A stretch of 34,963 bases of DNA from Guillardia theta CCMP2712 (lineage: Eukaryota > Protista > Cryptophyta). Both the position numbers and the translations under genes were made by a program. The DNA is taken from positions 9,677 through 44,639 of the forward strand of contig NW_005434546.1 of NCBI RefSeq assembly GCF_000315625.1, read 5' to 3'. The notes below the pieces were generated by a model that saw nothing but the letters and a program-made list of their open reading frames with translations, made no database searches and was not told the origin of the DNA. Numbering within the stretch: position 1 is the first letter of the stretch; each line of letters starts with the position of its first letter. Shown piece by piece: positions 24,792-32,097 of the stretch.

Positions 24792-26303
24792 TCATCGCTG
24801 AAACAAGGACGGTGGCGTCCTTGTACGAGCTTCATTCTCGCAACTTGTATCAACCATCTTCGGCCCCGGGTGATCGAACGCAAGAAGAGATTCCACCGAC
24901 GACAACCTCCTCTTCCGCTTCGACTGCGATGCTTGAGCACCCGTCCTTGCTGCCTCCGCACTTCCTGCCGTGATTCCTTGCGCAGTGACGACGTCGTGGC
25001 TGCTGCTCTCGCTGCCATCGGGCTGATCAAGGGGCGACCCATCGAGTTGGTGACCCTGGTGCTCCTGTCGCACATCATGTCTCGAGTCAGGCCACCCGGT
25101 ACCCGCAGAGATTGCAGAAGAGGCAGGAGGAGGCGAGGCGTCCGGAAATGTGGCGGGAGAGGCCGGCAAGGACGGGCTCCATATTTCAGACGGAACGCTG
25201 TGCTCGGTGTTGCGATCGTCATCCTCCCAAAGTAGCCTTCTCGAGACTTCTTCTGTTGCCCTTGGGGCCTTCGGCACCTGCGAGTACCTGTGCTGCTCCA
25301 AGGTAGATGCTGATGTGCATGTCGACGAGCATGTGCGCTGCTGCTTGCGTCCATCCGTCCAACTGACTGTGAGCAGCTTTGTGGGTGTTCTGATACGAGT
25401 TTCAGTCTGGCAAAGCGTCTTCGGCCCTGCGTGATCGAACGCAAGAAGAGATTCCACCGACGACAACCTCCTCTTCCGCTTCGACTGCGATGCTTGAGCA
25501 CCCGTCCTCGCTGCCTCCGCACTGCCTGCCGTGATTCCTTGCGCAGTGACGACGTCGTGGCTGCTGCTCTCACTGCCATCGGGCTGATCAAGGGGCGACC
25601 CATCGAGTTGGTGGTCCTGGTGCTCCTGTTGCACATCATGTCTCGAGTCAGGCCACCCGGTACCCGCAGAGATTGCAGAAGAGGCAGGAGGAGGCGAGGC
25701 GTCCAGAAATGTGGCGGGAGAGGCCGGCAAGGACGGGCTTGGCGCGACTGAGTCTGGCAAGAGACGGTTCTGAGATTGCGTACATATTTCAGACTGCTCT
25801 GTATCGCCTAGCTCCAGAGAGACAAGGGAGGGTGGGGGGGAGACCGCCAGAGGGGGGGCTCCACCTGAGGCTGGATGATGATGATGATGATTAGCATCAT
25901 CATACACTTGAGGCTCCATGAGTGGGACAGGAAGTTGCATGTCGTCCTGGGTCCCAGAATGCGACGAGCTTGCCTCGAGCTTGCAGTTGTCTGTTTCAAA
26001 CTCATCAAGCTGTGACACCAGCATCGATTGTTTCCTTTGGTTGCTGCTTGTTGTCTGGGACGTTTGCTCGTTGATGATGGCGTTGTCATCGGCAAGTGTA
26101 GTTCTTGTGTTGCTGGTGCTGCTGGTCCCCTCAAATTGGTCGGTCTGATGCTCCTGTCCCATGCATCCAGGGGGAAGCCCTCCTGGAGCCGAGAGATTTG
26201 GATGCGTGGCGGGGGAGGCTGGCACTGACGTGCCGGGAGACGACGTGCTGGTAGAGGACTTCGTGTCTGTATCGCAGTCTGTTGGTACACATCGGTAGTC
26301 CTT
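24792..26303 (-). CDS. Hypothetical Ser/Pro/Gln-rich protein (large exon) with an internal ~107-aa duplication and NLS-like KRKRR
   Basis: 477-aa stop-free ORF that extends upstream to a GAAG|GAC acceptor. No recognisable domain; flanking exons not resolved. Confidence 0.45.
   Translation of the reverse strand, partial: KDYRCVPTDCDTDTKSSTSTSSPGTSVPASPATHPNLSAPGGLPPGCMGQEHQTDQFEGTSSTSNTRTTLADDNAIINEQTSQTTSSNQRKQSMLVSQLDEFETDNCKLEASSSHSGTQDDMQLPVPLMEPQVYDDANHHHHHPASGGAPPLAVSPPPSLVSLELGDTEQSEICTQSQNRLLPDSVAPSPSLPASPATFLDASPPPASSAISAGTGWPDSRHDVQQEHQDHQLDGSPLDQPDGSESSSHDVVTAQGITAGSAEAARTGAQASQSKRKRRLSSVESLLAFDHAGPKTLCQTETRIRTPTKLLTVSWTDGRKQQRTCSSTCTSASTLEQHRYSQVPKAPRATEEVSRRLLWEDDDRNTEHSVPSEIWSPSLPASPATFPDASPPPASSAISAGTGWPDSRHDVRQEHQGHQLDGSPLDQPDGSESSSHDVVTAQGITAGSAEAARTGAQASQSKRKRRLSSVESLLAFDHPGPKMVDTSCENEARTRTPPSLFQR
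24857..25739. repeat. Near-identical direct repeat of ~322 bp (24857-25178 and 25418-25739), offset 561 bp
   Basis: Direct comparison shows only a few substitutions, and the offset is a multiple of 3. Confidence 0.92.
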
Positions 26304-26799
26304 CAGATCGAAATCTGACTGCTCTTGATTTGCGTGCTGAAATATAAAAGATTATTTTGAACTTTCTTAAAACACATCTGTTACCGATGAATCGCCCTGT
26401 TGCCTTGTTGTGCCCACTCCGAGGCAAGATTTCAAGAATCGGAGCATGTGGTTCAAAACTGTCGAAAGATCAGGGCATCACAAACATCACAGTAAGGGAA
26501 TGGGCAAGCTTTGCTGTAATAAGGTACCATGAAGCGATAAGATGACCCTAGCACATGTTGTGTGACATGGTGTGCACTCGGTCTCACATAAGTTCTCAGT
26601 ACTTGAGAAGAAGGTGAAATGTTTTGCGAGCAGATCAAATGCAGAGATCACTATGAAGAAGAAGCAAGGATAGCATCACATCGTTCGTCATAGCATCAAG
26701 AATCAGATCAGATCAATCTTTCATGAGGAGGAGCAACGGCATCATGGAGCCTGCATCAGTATTCCCTACCTTGCTGCGCTACTTGATCTTATATAGAGG

Positions 26800-27790
26800 C
26801 CCTTCCCCCCCCACCCCCACCCTACCCCACCCCATCCTAAATATCACCCCCACCCTCATTTCTCTTCGGGTTGCTGATCATATCGACAGGGTGGGTATCA
26901 CAGGGTAATTTAGGAGGTGGAAGGTACCTTTTTGCGACCACCCTACCCTCAACATTCTCAACTTAGAATCTGGTACCACCCCCACCACCCCCACCATTTC
27001 CTAGCATTGTAATAAGTATTATAAATATCAGTTGACTGCTAAACTTTCTTTCCTTGCCTACATGCCGACGCACTCCAGGGCTCTCAAGGACTTGGGAATC
27101 TTCCTCCTAGATTTCAATTCACAGAGCCGATCATTGGGAAATTTCGTACGGAATTAGCGGCTGCCGCAGTGCACTCCTCTGGTGCGTGTCACGGTCCCGT
27201 TTATTGAGCGATATTTACTACTGGACAAGGTTTCTCTAGAACTCTTTTAAATCTACTGTACCACTTACGAACTTCACAATCTATTCTTAGAGGCAATTCA
27301 CTCTATACAACGTTTTTAAAACTAAAACACTTGTTGCAACGATCTGGCCTACCTCCGAGGCTCATGGCCAGCTGGGTGGGGTCGAACTTGCTGCTGCCGA
27401 GCCGGTACACGCGGTCCTTGCAGGTGGGTGTGTGGTTTGCGCTCGAGGGCTTACTTAGAAGATCTGGACCCTCCGCCCTAGCAGGGCCGGGCCCGCGAGT
27501 TCGTCAGTCCTCCGGGTCCAGCGGGCCGGAGTGACGAACTTTACTGTGTCATCGTACTGATTTTTAACTTAACTTTGAGTAAACCTAACTTTACGACTGA
27601 AAACCGCAACTCGATGATCGTAGGGTACACAGGGCTGATAGGGTGGCAGTGCAAACGGGGGGTTACTTCCTGGGAATGTTCGGTTCAAAGAGGGGGTGGG
27701 GGGTGTATTTAAAAGTTGGTGGGGAGGGTGGGGAGGGGGGGCATAAAGGAATAGGAAACAATTTGGCGCGAAAAAAATTTGCGTGGAAGG
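26800..27790. repeat. Third composite intergenic island, with degenerate inverted C-rich/G-rich ends
   Basis: 26805-26856 resembles the reverse complement of 27691-27741. Carries CTTAACTTTGAGTAAAC at 27568-27584. Confidence 0.4.
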
Positions 27791-28176
27791 TAACCAGCAA
27801 AGAGCAACGAGAGCAGGGACGAGCAGCATGCGGGCAATGGATGAGAGGAAGGAAGGGAAAGTGATTTTGACAGTGTTAGGAGAGGAGGAAGAAAGAGAGA
27901 AAATCCATTTCCATCGCAAATTTGAGTTGTGTAGGTCAGATAGAAGAGGAAATCCGAAAAGCGTGCCTTCCGAAGGTTTGCCTTTAGCCCCTTGCCTCGC
28001 TAGTTACCACAAGAATACACGGAAGAAATGCGATTTCTGAATACAGTTAATGACGTTTTTACGCAGCAGACACCTGGAGACAAGTTGAAGCAGCAAAGGA
28101 GGAAGGAACCAGTGATGTACGCGATTCAGGGAGTCCACGAGCTACGAGAGAGTGATTGAGCAATACGACGACAACG

Positions 28177-28440
28177 ATGCCTCTTCAAGACACCAACGAG
28201 TCTCCAACCGAAGTCGACCAGGAACTTGATGCCATCGAGCAGGCGTTGGAGCAGTTCCTGATGCCAATGGCACTCTATCAACCAGAAGAGCTCTGGTCGA
28301 ACTTCTTTTGGTCTACGGGCACAAACGAAGGCTGGGACACTCCGCTCGGCTGGATTGTTCAGCACGATGACTGGGTCACGCCGTTCAACTGGGAAGCTCT
28401 GACGCAAGAGCACCCATCACCAACTCTGCAGGTTGGATGA
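28177..28440 (+). CDS. Possible small acidic Trp-rich hypothetical protein or exon
   Basis: Non-repetitive ORF MPLQDTNESPTEVDQELDAIEQALEQFL..W-rich; no family recognised. Confidence 0.25.
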   Translation: MPLQDTNESPTEVDQELDAIEQALEQFLMPMALYQPEELWSNFFWSTGTNEGWDTPLGWIVQHDDWVTPFNWEALTQEHPSPTLQVG

Positions 28441-28644
28441 GTGGAATCAGGTAAATCGACAATCAGATTAATCGCGGGGACAGACGAAAACCCCGCAGCA
28501 GTGAGACAAAACGGTTCGCATCACCATTGAAGGATCTAGCGGGGTAGTCACTAGGACCCCGTAACTCGTGACGATGTAATATACAACACTTGCAAGATGC
28601 TCACCCGACTCGCCGGAGGTTTACACCGCTGCGATGTTCAAGTT

Positions 28645-30635
28645 TCAAAAGTCAGGGATCGCGTCGACAAGCTCCGGCATGTCGATGAATGGATTTCGAT
28701 TCTTCTGCCATCTGCTCCATCTCAGATCGTCAAAAGTTCAAAGGGAAGACTTACGTGTAAATCTTTTCATTCCTCTGTTTCTCGCGTTCACTCACAGGAT
28801 CTTTCTTGTGCCATGACCTGTTCTGCCTCATTTTTGATTCCTTGCATGTTTTCTTCAAATACCTCAGCATGTCTTGGTATGTCTTCGATATCTTGTTTTT
28901 GTTCACCAGGCTCCTTTGGCAACATTGAAACTCCCCTTCGTACCTGCGCATTGTGTTGTCAGCGGCTGCCCAAAACGACTGTTCGAAATCAGACACATCA
29001 CCTCACGCTGACGTAAAAATATGCTCGTGCAAGGTCTCCCTGTTACATCCGAGTCATATTCTGTTTTTGGTTGTGTTTCAACTTTGTAACACCTTCACGT
29101 GATCTGGTGGCTCGAAACATTTGTCTTCAACCCTTCTCACTTCCTTTCCTGGTTGAGTCCCACAAATAACAACCACACAAAGACGGGAGGAGGAGATACC
29201 GTACAGTCCTTTCGTTCCGCTGAGCACTTTCAGTTTGACACTGTCCATTTTCCTGAGGTTCACATTGTCCTGCCTTCAGTCTCAGGAGAACGTTCACAGG
29301 CGTCACGTGATCATACTGACCAAGATGTTTGACTGGTGGATGTAGACTTCACGACCATCCTTCAAAGTTGCAAAACCGAATCCTGCAACTCTTGTAAGGC
29401 GCCTTCTGCAGCATCTGAATCTGAAGAATCATACACCTTTTTCTTTGTTAAAAAACTTCACGGTACCCGGGACTTTTCGATCATCTTTGTCTTGGTCCAA
29501 CAAGCCTGACTGTCCCTTTTGTCAAAGGGGCAGGAAGATGAAAATGTAAGAGCGTGACCTTACATTTGCCGAATTTCCCACCGCTCTTGGTTGTGTACGA
29601 AACGTCTGCACTTGTTTCAATTTCGTTTCATCTCCGTGAAACAGGTTTGCCTTCAACAACGGCCAGGGGATAGTTGCTTCTCTTCTTGTTGACGAACCTG
29701 TCCGACCGTTACATGGCAGGAAGCAACAGTATTGCTCTTACCCATCCACGAGATAAAGCGCGAACAGGTCTGTAGATGCGGCTGAAAATATGTCCTCAGC
29801 ATGGTACTGGTATGAGCTGAAGCAACGTTTACCTCCTCCTTCCTCAAAGCCTCCCCACCACGACCTGAAGTGAAACTTGGGTCAGTAAGGCTGTCTTCGA
29901 GCATACAACTTGTTTCGGTCACTTTGGCCAGGCATGCTCTCGATTGTAGCAGAAGTTTTCTCGCTCGATCACCTGGACGAGTGATGTCAGCCCGGGTTGA
30001 TGGATGAAAGGACTGAACCGACTTTGTCGCATCTGTCTGTGTAGATCCTCCAGCACTTTCCGGTGTAGACATCTGCTACTGAGTTGGGTTGACAACCATC
30101 CTGCCCCTTTCATCACGAAGAATCAAATTCGACGCCTTCTACAACAACCTGCCCTCCATCGATGTCTTCTAGCGCCTCCCAAACTCTTTGGTAGCTCAGT
30201 GGCACCTGTTGACCGCGTTCAAAGGGAGAATTGTACAAAACTCGCTCTACATGCTTCGAGATAACAGCGTGCAATGCAGACTTCAGCTCTTGACCTTGGT
30301 GTCAGTCAGAGCAATAACAAGTACTCAGCCTGCATGTCCTCTTTGTTTCCCTACCTTTCCTCTTGGAGATGGACTCTCCGTAGTACCCTACCGACTGATT
30401 GCCGCCATTAAGCTGAGATGCTGGTCAAACGTATCGAAGAAAGATGAATTCATTGAAGAAAGATGAAACTACTCACAGTAAACTTCTTCTCCACGTTCGT
30501 TTTGTAGAAGACCGCGGTCGCTATTGCACACAGCACGGCTGTATTCCAGAGTCATTACAAACTGAAAGCCTTGACACGAAGCAGCAACATGATATGAGCA
30601 AAAAACTTCCATGATAAATGCCACTTGCGGATCAT
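28645..30635 (-). CDS. Endonuclease I-family (EndA/Vvn/Bsn, His-Me finger) nuclease with an inserted cold-shock domain; about 18-20 short exons
   Basis: In-phase splicing gives GYYGESISKRKGQELKSALHAVISKHVPLSYQRVWEALEDID..DVYTGKCW..CYNREHAWPKSWWGG..TDLFALYLVDGFVNKKRSNYPLAVVEDVSYTTKSGGKFGKC-[CSD]-EDKCFEPPDHVKGDLARAYFYVSVRY..MLRSWHKKDPVSEREKQRNEKIYTWQKNRNPFIDMPELVDAIPDF* (TGA 28645-28647). The start codon and signal peptide are tentative. Confidence 0.9.
29129..29476 (-). other. Cold-shock domain (OB fold) coding segment within the nuclease gene, spread over 4 exons
   Basis: KVPGTVKFFNKEKG|FGFATLKDGREVYIHQSNIL|DNVNLRKMDSVKLKVLSGTKGLYG|KEVRRV contains RNP1 (KGFGF), RNP2 (VYIH) and the C-terminal G.KG..G..V pattern. 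Confidence 0.9.
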
Positions 30636-31100
30636 GACGTGAGGCGGGTCAAATTGAAAACACGACGAAAACAATACGAACATCGAGGTCATGTCCAACA
30701 CCACGACTTACGACAAAAAGATCTCCGACAAGGTCAAAGACGAGGTGAAAGACAACATCGTGGTCAAGGCTCAAGATCAAAATCATCCTTGAAACCAAAA
30801 CAAGGACTACAGCATGAACAATGGCAAGACCAACAACAACAACAACAACGACCATGTCAATAACATTTCTGATGATGCAATCTCTGTCAAGCCTTGCGGC
30901 TGCATCAGTATCAGAAGCAATCATCCATACAAAATCAGGTTGGCCAAGTTCAAGAACACACAAAATCAGATGTAAGGCCATCCAAGACCGAGCACACAGA
31001 GAAAAGAAGGAGCATGGCCAATAACCACATCGACATCAAGGATGCCCTGGACAAATCTATTGGACCAACTCCAAGATCAACAGCGGTCAGAAATGGCTCG

Positions 31101-31369
31101 ACATCATGGTCCACAACATCATGGTCAAGAACATCATGGTCAACAACATCATGGTCAAGAACATCATGGTCACCAACATCATGGTCAACACCATCATGGT
31201 CAAGAACATCATGGTCACCAACATCATGGTCAACACCATCATGGTCAACGTCAACAGCATCATGGTCATGGCCACCAACATCATGGCAGCAACATCATGG
31301 TCAACAACATCATGGTCAACAACATCATGGTCAACAACATCATGGTCAACAACATCATGGTCAACAACA
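31101..31369. repeat. 15-bp minisatellite (ACATCATGGTCAACA)n, about 17-18 degenerate units
   Basis: Direct reading; translates as QHHGQ / NNIMV / STTSW. Confidence 0.92.
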
Positions 31370-31845
31370 AGGTACACGAGGAGGCCATCAACAAGGCAAC
31401 AACAAAACGAGCAACACAATCAAGTTATCAAGATCAAGTCTTGATGGAGTGGACGAAATATCATGGTCGATGAACAAACTTTCCTGCAATGGCGCAAAAT
31501 TCCCATCGGAGACCTGCCTGCTTCCTGCTAGTGCTGAGGATAAGGATGAAGAACAAACATCTCCCTCCTCCTCTCTTGCCTCTCGTTCTTTGGTCTTCGC
31601 ATCGTCGCTCCTCCTCGCTCCTCCTCCTCACCCGCTCCCCGCCATGTCCGCCACCATGGATCTGACCTTGTCGTGCATGCCCATGTAGATCTCCTCGCCT
31701 TTTATCGCCAGGAATTGGTTCGTGGTAAACTACCCCCCCTATCCACTACCCCCTATATGTCAGCTAAGTACCCCCACATTGGGAAGGCAGCCTGCCCGAC
31801 AAAAAAGATCCCCTAGGTAGGAATACGCTCCACAGCATGGCCATG

Positions 31846-31901
31846 TCCTCCCGCTCCTCCCCGCTCCTCCCCGCTCCTCCCCGCTCCTCCCCGCTCCTCC
31901 C
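31846..31901 (+). repeat. (CTCCCCGCTC)n 10-bp tandem repeat, about 5 units
   Basis: Direct reading. Confidence 0.9.
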
Positions 31902-32097
31902 TACCATGCCTCGCCCTCCCCTCCTCCCTTGTCCTCCTATCAGTCAACATGGCACAGTCGCCTTGTGAGCTACAAGATGTATTTTCTTGGTAAGAATACT
32001 ACAATGATGGCATGTACACAACATGGGCAGGAGGAGGAGGGTGAGAGTGAGGAGGATGAAGAAGCAGGAGAAGAGCAAGGAGGGAGAAAAATTGTCG

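Noticed and set aside
31101-31369. CRISPR-like array
   Set aside because: Head-to-tail 15-mers with no unique spacers, no cas genes, and a eukaryotic context.
31630-31710. Minus-strand exon-like fragment IKGEEIYMGMHDKVRSMVADMAGSG
   Set aside because: Could not be linked to a coherent gene model or family.
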